A DNA stretch of 64,000 nt from Dehalococcoidia bacterium (GCA_965219205.1 CBDCMQ010000003.1:448819-512818), one strand, 5' to 3'. Shown: positions 29,620 to 39,156, counted from the stretch's first letter. A program made the numbers and translations. Notes: generated from the letters alone by a model not told the origin.

Positions 29620-30912
29620 CTAGTAATTCGGGTCCGGTTTCTCCTTTGGGCCTTCGCCACGGAACCAGGGCTTCAGGTCACGCCAATCCGTCCCTGCCCG
29701 CAGGAAGCCGGCAATTGAGCGGAGGCCGTGGAATTCCTCGCCGGTTGCCAGAGGATTGCCACCGTCTTCGACCACCCGAATCTGTTGGAGTAGCAATCGC
29801 CGGACCGCGATAAGGGCCTGGTCGACTGTCCCGAGGTGCTCACGCCAACGAGGCGTAATTGTCTCCATGGTGTCCTGGATCATCCGGTCCTGAGTATTCA
29901 CCCCGGGAACTCCGGTGAAGGACTTGGTCCGTTGGGCCGACCGGTCGATGAGATACTGGTTGCTCATATTGCCAACTGATTTGAAAGTCTTCCGGTCAAT
30001 GTCGATGCCGAAAGTGTTTCCGGGAATTGGTGTTGCACGTTCCTCCTCGGAGAGCGGCTCGTCACCCCAGACATAGTGGTAGTTCCAGACCATCGTGTGC
30101 TCGTCGTCGATTGGCACCCACATGTGTCCGGCACAAAGCGGTCGCCAAGGACCTTCCGGCATCCGTTGCTGCGACGCTCGAATCGAGACGAAAGGCATCA
30201 CGAAATGGTGCAGCGTAAGGAAGTCTAAAGCCGGCGTTTCGTCCTCAATGACCCGGTGGAAGGCAGTTGTTGCGCCGAAATCAGTTGTCTCGGTTTCGAT
30301 TCCAACTACCCGCTGGCGAGCACGCGGTGAAGTCGTGTCCAAGAGATCGTTGTTGTGGAGGAAGGAGGCGTGCGACTCGTCGAAGCCGCCATCCAACGCC
30401 TGAACCCAGTTGCATTCCTGAATCACCTTGGTGAATCCCCTGTGCGTCTCCGGCACAGTTGCAAACTCAAATCGTGGCGGCGGCGGTATGTTTCCCGGCG
30501 GACCCATGTAGATCCAGACGATGTTTCCCAACTCGTGCGCTGGATAGGATTGCGCCCGAAGTTTTTCCTTGAAATTCGATTGCTCCGGTTCTGACGGCAT
30601 GTCGACGCACTGGCCGGTGACGTCGAACTTCCAGCCATGATGGACGCACCTAAGTCCATTGTTCTCGTTGCGCCCCCAAAACAGGTGGGCCAGGCGATGA
30701 GGACACCAAGCTTCGAGGACTCCGATACGTCCGTCCGAATCGCGGAACGCAACAAGATCTTCACCCAGGGCTCGAACCGATACGGGATCGCAATCCGGCT
30801 CGGGAATTTCCCAATCGAATACCAAGGGTATCCAATATCGTCGCAGCAGGTTTCCCATTGGCGTGCCGGGGCCGACTTTAGTTATGAGCTCGTTTTCAGT
30901 TGGAGATAACAT
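29620..30912 (-). CDS. Rieske [2Fe-2S] non-heme iron oxygenase, alpha-subunit-like (subfamily A)
   Basis: The Rieske motif is CPHRLAHL...CVHHGWKF. A C-terminal catalytic domain is present. Confidence 0.85.
   Translation of the reverse strand: MLSPTENELITKVGPGTPMGNLLRRYWIPLVFDWEIPEPDCDPVSVRALGEDLVAFRDSDGRIGVLEAWCPHRLAHLFWGRNENNGLRCVHHGWKFDVTGQCVDMPSEPEQSNFKEKLRAQSYPAHELGNIVWIYMGPPGNIPPPPRFEFATVPETHRGFTKVIQECNWVQALDGGFDESHASFLHNNDLLDTTSPRARQRVVGIETETTDFGATTAFHRVIEDETPALDFLTLHHFVMPFVSIRASQQRMPEGPWRPLCAGHMWVPIDDEHTMVWNYHYVWGDEPLSEEERATPIPGNTFGIDIDRKTFKSVGNMSNQYLIDRSAQRTKSFTGVPGVNTQDRMIQDTMETITPRWREHLGTVDQALIAVRRLLLQQIRVVEDGGNPLATGEEFHGLRSIAGFLRAGTDWRDLKPWFRGEGPKEKPDPNY
30462..30879. repeat. Inverted repeat arm (Rieske domain of the 29620-30912 gene)
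   Basis: It matches 33844-34258 in inverted orientation. A perfectly identical 89-bp core lies at 30605-30693. Confidence 0.9.
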
Positions 30913-30986
30913 CTCGCCCCCTTGAATTTAACTTTGCTGCGCAGACTCGCATTGGCCGCTTCGAAGAAGCTACCAAAAATCTTGAT

Positions 30987-32696
30987 CTAGTGACTCACCA
31001 TGTGGAGCAAAGCCTGGCGGTGCTCCACTTCAACCGAGTGCAGCGCGCGCTGCAGGGCATCTGGAACATCCTCCGCATCCTCAACCCGCGCCGCAAAGCC
31101 ACCGGCGGATTGGCAGATCAACTCGAAATCGAGGCTGGGCCCGAGGTCGCTAAACGGGAACTGATCGTTTTTTGCCACCCAGCCGTCTGGGTAGAGGGCG
31201 CGGGTAGTCGTAGATACAGCCGCCCACTTCGCGTTATCCCAGACGATCGTCAGGATTGGCAAGTTGGAGTTTCTCGCGATCCAGTGACCTGCTTCCGGCA
31301 CGCCAAACATGTAACTGCCATCGCCGAGACAGGCGACGACGGTTTTCTCGGGCGAGGCGAGCTTGGCGCCAAGCGCCGCACCGAGACCCCACCCGAGGGC
31401 ACCGGGAGACGGCGAACCAAAGTAGGAGCCTGGCAGAGTCTGCCGGAAGTGGGCGGCGTCAAGGCCGAGCTCGTTCACGACGATCATGTTTTCGTGGCGA
31501 GCCTCCTCGAGGCAATGCGACACCCAGGCCTTGTCCAGAGGCGTCTTACCCCGTCCGTCCTGACCGCGGTTATGGAGGTCGTCAACCGCCGATTGACGTT
31601 CTTTCTGCCACCGCGCTCCGCGCGCTTCGATGGCCGCAGCGCCTGTTGGCATGGAATCGAGCTCCGCGATCAGTGACTCAATGCCAAGCCGTGGCGAACC
31701 CTGCAGGGTAAGGTCGGCGGGGAAGCTTCTTATCGGGATGCTGCTAAACAGTGGATCGTTACCCATAACGATAACGGGCGTATCTGCGGCGATGTCCACC
31801 AGGGACGGAATCCATGGGCTGTCGCTTTCGATCACCAGGACCAGATCCGCCTCTTGCAGGTGCCGGCTAACGCCCTGCGGCTGGTAAAGGCGGTGAGACT
31901 TGGGGAAGTTGAGAAAATGTCCTGGAGCATCGAAGACGTATAGATTCAGCTTCTCGGCGAGCTGGACCAGAGGTTCCACCGCGGACGGATCGCGCCCAAG
32001 AGCATTGGTGATGACGAGTGGATTCTGCGCCTGCGCCAACATTGAGGCCGCCATCCGAATCGCTTCGGGCGAAGGTGCGGACACGGCCGGCATCATGCGC
32101 GGGCGGTCTGAGTATTTAATTGACTGCCGGTCCTCGGCGAGCACCTCGCGAGGCAAGGTCAGATAGACCGGGCCCTTGGGTTCCGTCTGGCAGATCGCCA
32201 TGCCGCGGTCCACTATGGCCTCGATGTCGGACTCGTTGCGCAGCTCATAGTCCCATTTGACCCATTCCCGGACCATGCTGCCCTGGTCTCGAGATTCTTG
32301 GGCCCATTGAATCGTGTTCGACCGCGCTCCCTTGACACCAGGACCGTCGGTGAGGGGGGTGCGTCCGGCGGTGAAAAAGACGGGGATGTTGGAGCGGCTC
32401 GCGGTGATTATCGTTCCGAGTGCGTTGGCGGTTCCTGGAACCGTATGGACCATCACAACCTGGGGTTGGCCGCTGACCATGGCATAGCCCAGCGCCATTG
32501 CCGTACCGGTTATCTCATGGGGCACCGTTATCGGCTTCGGTACCGGCTGCTCACTGGCTACGCGCTTGACGTAGGCCTCGGCGATGGGCCCAAAATCTGT
32601 GCCACCGTTGCCAAAGAAGTACTCCACTCCACGGGCACACAAAAGCTCCAGATAAGCATCTACGACCGATTCGACGGATGCTTCCCTAAAGGGCAT
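30987..32696 (-). CDS. Thiamine pyrophosphate-dependent enzyme (acetolactate synthase large subunit / benzoylformate decarboxylase-like)
   Basis: The 569-aa ORF has the N-terminal pattern YFFGNGGTDFGPI and the TPP-binding pattern GDGSYMFG... Confidence 0.85.
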   Translation of the reverse strand: MPFREASVESVVDAYLELLCARGVEYFFGNGGTDFGPIAEAYVKRVASEQPVPKPITVPHEITGTAMALGYAMVSGQPQVVMVHTVPGTANALGTIITASRSNIPVFFTAGRTPLTDGPGVKGARSNTIQWAQESRDQGSMVREWVKWDYELRNESDIEAIVDRGMAICQTEPKGPVYLTLPREVLAEDRQSIKYSDRPRMMPAVSAPSPEAIRMAASMLAQAQNPLVITNALGRDPSAVEPLVQLAEKLNLYVFDAPGHFLNFPKSHRLYQPQGVSRHLQEADLVLVIESDSPWIPSLVDIAADTPVIVMGNDPLFSSIPIRSFPADLTLQGSPRLGIESLIAELDSMPTGAAAIEARGARWQKERQSAVDDLHNRGQDGRGKTPLDKAWVSHCLEEARHENMIVVNELGLDAAHFRQTLPGSYFGSPSPGALGWGLGAALGAKLASPEKTVVACLGDGSYMFGVPEAGHWIARNSNLPILTIVWDNAKWAAVSTTTRALYPDGWVAKNDQFPFSDLGPSLDFELICQSAGGFAARVEDAEDVPDALQRALHSVEVEHRQALLHMVSH

Positions 32697-32864
32697 TTGC
32701 GACTCCAGACGAACTGACTGCCCCAGAGTGAAGAGGCTCTAGGCCGAGCAAGATTACCTTAGAAGCGGGTGGCCGGTCGATTTCGAGACTGACGCGGCGG
32801 CCGGCTTCGTTCTCTCGAGCGAGCGGTGGAAGTCCCCGCGGGACCACGTTGCATTCAGGGCCTG

Positions 32865-33695
32865 CTAGCCAGGACCTTCAGAGCGAGGAAGGTTAAGAGA
32901 CAGCAAACGTTGCGCCTCGGCCATACAGGGCAGATCGACGCCGAGTTCGTCCGACAACGACAACGCAGCCTCGGTTACTTTGTGAAACATCAAAGCGCTG
33001 CCGGCGCGCGCTGTCTGATCGGGGTCCATGGTCTTGTACATTTCTTGTTCGATAACTTGCCTAGGTCCGTAGCTGTTGGTCACCACATCGATCAGAGCTT
33101 CCGGGGAGAAACCAGCAGCCTGCGCCAGGTTTAATCCGTTGGCAATCGCGGCCATCGTCCCAAGAAGAATCGTTTGAGCCGATAACTTTGTCATCGCACC
33201 GGTGCCGAGCGGACCGGTGTGGATTGTCCGCTTTCCGAGAACATCGAAAAGCGGTTGGCAGATCTCAAGATGGCTTGTTTCGCCACCCACCATGAAGAGC
33301 CATTGACCTTTTTCGGCGCCCTCGCTGCCACCGCTCATCTCCGCATCGACCACACCGACGCCGAGTGGCTCCGCATAGGCGGCAATCCTGCCGATTGTGG
33401 CGGGGGTGATCGTGCTGTGAATGGCGACAACAGTCCCTGGCTGAGCGGCGCTAAGTGCGCCTTGATCGCCCAGAAGAGCTGTCTCGACCTGCCGGTCGTC
33501 TAAGACGGCGACCTCAATTACTTGCGAATGGGCGCCGACATCCCGGTAGGAGGAGCCGACCTTCGCGCCTTGCTGTTCCAAGATTGCCATCGCTTCTGGG
33601 CGAACGTCGAAAACTGTCACATCAAACCCGGCGCGCAGCAAGTTCCGAACCATTGGAGCTCCTGTTTTGCCGAGGTCTATAAATCCCGTCCTCAT
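32865..33695 (-). CDS. 3-hydroxyisobutyrate dehydrogenase-family protein with an atypical dinucleotide-binding motif
   Basis: The N-terminus is MRTGFIDLGKTGAPMVRNLL, where GFIGLGxMG is expected. The rest of the protein is family-typical. Confidence 0.7.
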   Translation of the reverse strand: MRTGFIDLGKTGAPMVRNLLRAGFDVTVFDVRPEAMAILEQQGAKVGSSYRDVGAHSQVIEVAVLDDRQVETALLGDQGALSAAQPGTVVAIHSTITPATIGRIAAYAEPLGVGVVDAEMSGGSEGAEKGQWLFMVGGETSHLEICQPLFDVLGKRTIHTGPLGTGAMTKLSAQTILLGTMAAIANGLNLAQAAGFSPEALIDVVTNSYGPRQVIEQEMYKTMDPDQTARAGSALMFHKVTEAALSLSDELGVDLPCMAEAQRLLSLNLPRSEGPG

Positions 33696-33807
33696 CCGGT
33701 CGAACTCCTAACTTGCACTTTTGGCTCTGCTGGACCCTTGACCGAACATGCAGCAACGTGCGGTTATTTGCAAGAATACGCGTCCTTCAGGAGGGAGGTT
33801 GGCGGCG

Positions 33808-35070
33808 ATGTCTTCAGCGGCAGATCTGAACGTCCTTGGCCGCGTCGGGCCCGGCACACCCCTTGGCAGCCTGCTGAGGCGCTATTGGATCCCTCTGGTG
33901 TTCGACTGGGAAATTCCCGAACCGGACTGCGATCCGGTGTCGGTTCGGGTCCTGGGAGAAGATCTGGTGGTATTTCGAGACACCGATGGCCGTGTTGGCG
34001 TTCTGGAGGCCTGGTGTCCGCACCGGCTGGCCCACCTGTTTTGGGGGCGCAACGAGAACAATGGACTTAGGTGCGTCCATCATGGCTGGAAGTTCGACGT
34101 CACCGGCCAGTGCGTTGAGATGCCATCGGAGCCGGAAACCTCGAACTTCAGGGAGAAGATCCAGGCACAATCCTACCCGGCCGAGGAACTGGGAAACATC
34201 GTCTGGATTTACATGGGTCCTCCGGAGAGCGCTCCGCCGCCGCCGCAGTTTGAGTATGTAACGGTGCCAGAGGATCATCGCGCAGCCACAAAGGTCATCG
34301 AGGATGCTAGCTGGCTGAACTGCATCGAGGGTGGCTTCGATGAAGCCAAGGTTTCATTCCTGCACCACAACGACCTATCGGACAACGGAACATTGCGCCG
34401 GCGCAACACGGCTCCCCAGATTGAGGCTGAGACCACCGCCTGCGGCTTCACGTATTTGGCGGCCAGACCGATCAGTCCCGAGGAGGGGACATATGCGCGA
34501 TTTGTCCACTACGTGATGCCCTTTACCCAGATTCGCCCGTCGTTCATCAACGCCCAAGGATTGCCGCCCGCGAAACCGCAAAATAGCGGCCACTTCTGGG
34601 TGCCAATAGATGATGGGCAGACGATGGATTGGGAGTTTACCTACACCTGGGGAGAAGAGCCTTTAGCGGCCAGCGAGCGCGAGTTCAGAGGCCTCGCGAA
34701 CGCCTTTAACGCCGACGTCGACAAGCAATCATTCAGAGCAAAGCTAAATCGCTCCAACCGCTACCAAATCGATCGTTCGATGCAGAGGACGAAAAGCTTC
34801 ACCGGCATTACTGGCTCGGTGCCACAGGACCGTATGATTCATGAGGCTACCGCTCCGATTCGAGAACGAGGGCGCGAGCATCTTGGTTCGCTGGACGGGG
34901 CCGTGGTTGCCCTCCGAGACTTGCTCCTCAAAGGTGTCAGTACTGTCAAGGCCGGTGGCGCGCCGCCTGGTACTGGCACGGAGTATCACGGGATACGAGC
35001 CTGGGAGGCAATGGTTCACGTCGATCAGTCTTTGGCGGCTTTGAAAAAGCAGGTGCACAAACAATGGTGA
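33808..35070 (+). CDS. Rieske [2Fe-2S] non-heme iron oxygenase (subfamily A paralog)
   Basis: The N-terminal ~150 aa are about 90% identical to the 29620-30912 product, while the C-terminal domain is diverged. The start is placed at MSSAADLN (ATG 33808, after GGAGGGAGG). Confidence 0.85.
   Translation: MSSAADLNVLGRVGPGTPLGSLLRRYWIPLVFDWEIPEPDCDPVSVRVLGEDLVVFRDTDGRVGVLEAWCPHRLAHLFWGRNENNGLRCVHHGWKFDVTGQCVEMPSEPETSNFREKIQAQSYPAEELGNIVWIYMGPPESAPPPPQFEYVTVPEDHRAATKVIEDASWLNCIEGGFDEAKVSFLHHNDLSDNGTLRRRNTAPQIEAETTACGFTYLAARPISPEEGTYARFVHYVMPFTQIRPSFINAQGLPPAKPQNSGHFWVPIDDGQTMDWEFTYTWGEEPLAASEREFRGLANAFNADVDKQSFRAKLNRSNRYQIDRSMQRTKSFTGITGSVPQDRMIHEATAPIRERGREHLGSLDGAVVALRDLLLKGVSTVKAGGAPPGTGTEYHGIRAWEAMVHVDQSLAALKKQVHKQW
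33844..34258. repeat. Inverted repeat arm (Rieske domain of the 33808-35070 gene)
   Basis: The 89-bp core at 34027-34115 is the exact reverse complement of 30605-30693. Confidence 0.9.
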
Positions 35071-35117
35071 TCTCAAAACCATAGCTGGCAGTTCAAAGTC
35101 ACGGGGAAGGACATCTT

Positions 35118-36278
35118 ATGAATGTTGAGTCCGACGGGCGGCTTCTTTCCCTGTGGCAGGAACATCGCGAGCTAGAGCTGAGCCGCCAGGGAGGATCTCA
35201 GGTCGATCTGCTTTTGTCGACGATGACTGCTAACGCACAACTCAATAATGTACCTGTAATCACGGGCGGTCAGGGTGAGTCTGAGCTCAAGAAATTCTAT
35301 TCCGAGTACTTTTTGCCGGGATTGCCCGCAGACCTCGAAATCACGCCGGTGTTCCAGGCCGCCGGGAGCGACGACCGAGTAGTCGATGAGTTCGTGCTGA
35401 ACTTCACCCACGATGTCACCATGGATTGGCTATTGCCCGGGGTTGAGCCAACCGGGATGCAAGTGAAGGTTCCTATAGTTACGGTCGCTCAGTTTGAAGC
35501 GGACAAGATCTCTAGCCAGCGGTCATATTGGGACCAGGCTACGGTGCTGGTCCAAATCGGGCTACTCAACCCCTCTGACCTGCCGGTGAGTGGTGTAGAA
35601 CAGGCTGAGAAGATCTTGCATCCCGACACGGTTCCCTCAAACGAATTGATTTGGCGGGCCCTGGGAAAACGCTGGAACATTCCTGACTTTGAAATGCCGG
35701 CGCTGGGCCAACGCCCCGCAGTGCCGGACGCAGAAGCACTGACGGCGCTTTGGACCGAGCATCTGACCCACGAGTTTATTACTCTGGATGCCGAGGCAAC
35801 GCTCGCAACCATGGTTCCTCATGCTCACGTGAATCATGTTCCGACGCTCACCGGCGGTGCTGGTCACGAGCAATTGCTTTATTTCTACGCTAATCACTTC
35901 ATAGGCCAGCGGGGCCCAAATCTGGTTGGCATTCCCCAGGCGACGGTTCGGACGATGGCCCACGATACCTTGATCGATGAGAACGTCGGCCGTGGTGGAG
36001 CACATACAGTGGCGAATGACTACGCCCTTCCCGGAGTGGCTCCAACCGGCAGGGCGGTCTCGCGGGCCGGCATAATGCTGGTCCACTTTGAGGGAGACAA
36101 ACTTGCTCATGAGCACATCTATTGGGACCAGGCAACGACGATATCTCAGCTTGGGCTCTGGGATCCAGGTGACCTTCCCGTTTCCGGCCCAGACCAAGCT
36201 GACAAAATGACGTCTTTTGATTCAGTTCCATCCAACCAGCTCGTGGAGCGAGCGCGGGCAAGGCGCGGCTCAAAATGA
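35118..36278 (+). CDS. Protein with two tandem NTF2/SnoaL-like domains (function unknown)
   Basis: An internal duplication is visible: ...SYWDQATVLVQIGLLNPSDLPVSGVEQAEKILHPDTVPSNELI versus ...IYWDQATTISQLGLWDPGDLPVSGPDQADKMTSFDSVPSNQLV. Confidence 0.5.
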   Translation: MNVESDGRLLSLWQEHRELELSRQGGSQVDLLLSTMTANAQLNNVPVITGGQGESELKKFYSEYFLPGLPADLEITPVFQAAGSDDRVVDEFVLNFTHDVTMDWLLPGVEPTGMQVKVPIVTVAQFEADKISSQRSYWDQATVLVQIGLLNPSDLPVSGVEQAEKILHPDTVPSNELIWRALGKRWNIPDFEMPALGQRPAVPDAEALTALWTEHLTHEFITLDAEATLATMVPHAHVNHVPTLTGGAGHEQLLYFYANHFIGQRGPNLVGIPQATVRTMAHDTLIDENVGRGGAHTVANDYALPGVAPTGRAVSRAGIMLVHFEGDKLAHEHIYWDQATTISQLGLWDPGDLPVSGPDQADKMTSFDSVPSNQLVERARARRGSK

Positions 36279-36409
36279 TACCGACGGCAGGCCTGAAACC
36301 AGGTGTTTACTGCCAAACGCACCTTCAAATGTCGACGTATAGGTGACAATGTACTGTCCGTGGCTCTATAAATGAGCTGGTGATCGAATCTCGTCGCAGG
36401 AGGCCACTC

Positions 36410-37816
36410 ATGAACCTCGATGTCAAAGGCCCAAATCCGACACAGAGCAACGGAAAGAACCTGCAACACGTCGGCGAAGTGGCGATGGAGGAAGCCTGGG
36501 GTGCCTCGCAGATCGGCCCGTTCGATTTTGTGCCACCGCTAGGCTTTCGCGAGTACTGGTACCCGGCCTTGTGGACGAAAGACGTCGGGGCGAAAACGCC
36601 CAAGCACGTTGACCTTCTGGGCGAGAACATCGTCTTCTTCCGGGGAAAAGATGACACGGTCTCGGCTCTGACCGACTGGTGTCCACACCGCAACGCCAGA
36701 TTGTCCTTGGGAATCTCTGAATTCCCCGGCACGATCACTTGCCCGTATCACGGCTATACCTTTGATGGCACCGGCCAATGCGTCGCCGGCCTCATCGACC
36801 ATCCGGAATCACCGGTTGTGTCGAAGATGCGTGCCAAGTCGTACCCAACGGCGGAGTACCAGGGCGTGGTCTATGTCTGGATGGGAGAAACAGACCCGGT
36901 CGCTTTGCAGGATGACTTGCCGGCCGAGCTAATAGATGAACGAAACCACCGCTTTATCCGTACCAAGGAATGGGAGACCAACTGGACTGAACCCATCGCA
37001 CAGGGGATCGATTTCCACGAGGGCTACCTTCATCGCATGGCGTTCAAGTTCTGGCCTATGTTTCCCGGCGAGCCATTTTGGGCACGCACCTTGATGAATG
37101 TCACGAGGGTCTTCAATAAGCACTTCAGATTCTTCAGGCCGAAGGTTGCCTACTACGGTGGCACAGAGATCGTGCACGAAGAGGAAACGCTCTTCGCGAT
37201 GAAAGCCAAAGATCAGGTGATGGGCCAAGGATTTCACCCGGGAGTCGACTCAAAATGGCCGAGACACACTTGGTGGCGGTTCTTGAAGAATAAGCCGCGT
37301 TCTAAGCCAGGCACCTTGCTCACGGGCGGGTCTTTCGATCACAGTTGCGAACTTCCAAGCAAGATTCGCTCGGTGGTCCGTCCCGAGAGCGTGCACCTTC
37401 GCTGGATGGTTCCGGTCACCACCGGTAAAACCCGCGTCTGGACCTACACGATCTGCCGCCGGCCACAAACCATCCCCGGGCGACTGTGGCAGAACGCCTG
37501 GTACTACTTCTGGAGGAAGGGCGAGATAGTTGTCGCAACCAACGAACAGGAAGACTTGGCCACTTTCAAGGAAGACAGACTGCGCTTCGACTTGCCGCAA
37601 AAGCTCGGACCTCTCGATGCCGGCCTGATCTATTTCCGCCGCCACCTTTCGAGGCGGTCACGTGACTACAGGCGGCTGGGAGGTTCACGAGGCGCACTCA
37701 AGGCTGAGCCGACGCGGACCGCTGAGGAGTGGCGAGCACAGCCAGAAGATTTGGACCGGCAGAACCCAATTGTGGAGAGCTCGGAAAAAGAAGTCTCGGC
37801 GCTCGCAAAGAGCTAG
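36410..37816 (+). CDS. Rieske [2Fe-2S] oxygenase (subfamily B)
   Basis: CPHRNARL...CPYHGYTF is present. The start ATG at 36410 lies 6 nt after CAGGAGG. Confidence 0.85.
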   Translation: MNLDVKGPNPTQSNGKNLQHVGEVAMEEAWGASQIGPFDFVPPLGFREYWYPALWTKDVGAKTPKHVDLLGENIVFFRGKDDTVSALTDWCPHRNARLSLGISEFPGTITCPYHGYTFDGTGQCVAGLIDHPESPVVSKMRAKSYPTAEYQGVVYVWMGETDPVALQDDLPAELIDERNHRFIRTKEWETNWTEPIAQGIDFHEGYLHRMAFKFWPMFPGEPFWARTLMNVTRVFNKHFRFFRPKVAYYGGTEIVHEEETLFAMKAKDQVMGQGFHPGVDSKWPRHTWWRFLKNKPRSKPGTLLTGGSFDHSCELPSKIRSVVRPESVHLRWMVPVTTGKTRVWTYTICRRPQTIPGRLWQNAWYYFWRKGEIVVATNEQEDLATFKEDRLRFDLPQKLGPLDAGLIYFRRHLSRRSRDYRRLGGSRGALKAEPTRTAEEWRAQPEDLDRQNPIVESSEKEVSALAKS

Positions 37817-37916
37817 CGACTGTGGCGATTCATCCAGGAGCCTAGTATCCGGCGCTGAATGAGAGCCAGCGCCAAGCGTGCTGACGGCACTTGGGAAGGG
37901 CGAAATAGTATCAGGC

Positions 37917-38085
37917 AAATTTTCGCTGCCGACGCTCTGGGGAAGACGCTGCGCTTATTCTCCCATGGCCATTCCCCGTATTTCGAAGCCCGTTGCAACA
38001 AGTAAAATAACGCTGCCGACGCTCCGGGGAAGTAGGTGCCAGAGGCACACTGATTCCCCGTATTTCAAAAAATAGGAGAAGAGAA
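37917..38085 (+). promoter_or_regulatory. Repeated leader element upstream of the LigB-like gene, with architecture A-B-A-B
   Basis: Box A (CGCTGCCGACGCTCYGGGG) lies at 37924-37942 and 38011-38029. Box B (ATTCCCCGTATTTC) lies at 37971-37984 and 38053-38066. The hairpin CGGGGAA(38025-38031)/TTCCCCG(38054-38060) has an inner GTGCC-aga-GGCAC stem. The RBS and ATG follow directly. Confidence 0.5.
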
Positions 38086-39156
38086 ATGGGCGATATTCGC
38101 GGCTTCGGCCTAAGTCACTATCCGCCGCTTAGTGGCCCAGACGGCGCGATGGCAGGCATCCTGCGCGGCACTCTGAAGCGCCCGGACATCCCAGAAGCAG
38201 CCAAGCAGGTAGACACTTGGCCGGCGCCGATGCGGGCCGAATGGGGCGAGGACGAGGGGCGCAGCTCCGCGGGTTCACACCGCGCCGAGTTCGTTAATCA
38301 CTGCAGGGCAGTCAGGGCTGAACTGGACGCCTTCGATCCGGACGTCGTCGTCATGTTCGGTGACGATCAGTATGAGAATTTTCACGAGGACCTCATCCCG
38401 CCATTCTGCGTCTATGCCTGGGACGACTTTGAAGCCACGCCTCACAAGCGCGGTGAGCAGCTCCTGGCGGATAACATCTGGGGCGAACCAGTAGACTTCA
38501 CGATTCCAATTAAGTGCCACCGGCAAGCGGGAAAACAGATTGCCAGGGGATTACTCGAGCACTCGATTGACATTAGTTACTATTACAAGTCCCTGCACTT
38601 CCAGGGTCTAAGCCACGCCTTCCTCAACGGTATTACCTACCTTGACTACGATCGTGTCGGTTGGCCCTACGCCACCGTCCCGGTCGCTGTGAACTGTTAC
38701 GGCAGCAACGTCATCGGCAGCCATGGCAGTTCGCCGCCGATCGGCAAGATTGAGCGCGAGGTCAGCGAGCTCGACCCGCCGGGGCCTTCGCCACAACGCT
38801 GCATGGCCGTGGGCGCGGCGCTTGCAGACGTTTGCCGCCAAAGTCCATGGAAAGTCGCGCTTATAGCCTCCTCGGGCTGGTCCCACGCCTTTCTGACCAA
38901 AAAACACAACCTCCTCTACCCGGACGTAGATCAGGATCGGCGCCTCTATGAGGCACTGGCGGCTGGGGATTTTGATTTCTGGCGCGGCGTCTCCACGTCT
39001 GAGGTTGAGGATTCTGGTGATCAAGAGGCGCTGAATTGGTGGGTTCTCATGGGAGCGATGGAGGAGTTGGGCCTCAAGAAGCCTGAATATCACGGCTACC
39101 TGGAGTCCTATGTCTTTAATTCGAACAAGTGCTTCGCTGTTTGGAAGCCCAGCTAG
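38086..39156 (+). CDS. Class III (LigB-family) extradiol dioxygenase-like protein
   Basis: DVVVMFGDDQYENFHEDLIPPF, IASSGWSHAF and GDQEALNWWVLMGAM resemble the LigB/gallate dioxygenase fold. This is assigned from memory and has not been searched. Confidence 0.55.
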   Translation: MGDIRGFGLSHYPPLSGPDGAMAGILRGTLKRPDIPEAAKQVDTWPAPMRAEWGEDEGRSSAGSHRAEFVNHCRAVRAELDAFDPDVVVMFGDDQYENFHEDLIPPFCVYAWDDFEATPHKRGEQLLADNIWGEPVDFTIPIKCHRQAGKQIARGLLEHSIDISYYYKSLHFQGLSHAFLNGITYLDYDRVGWPYATVPVAVNCYGSNVIGSHGSSPPIGKIEREVSELDPPGPSPQRCMAVGAALADVCRQSPWKVALIASSGWSHAFLTKKHNLLYPDVDQDRRLYEALAAGDFDFWRGVSTSEVEDSGDQEALNWWVLMGAMEELGLKKPEYHGYLESYVFNSNKCFAVWKPS

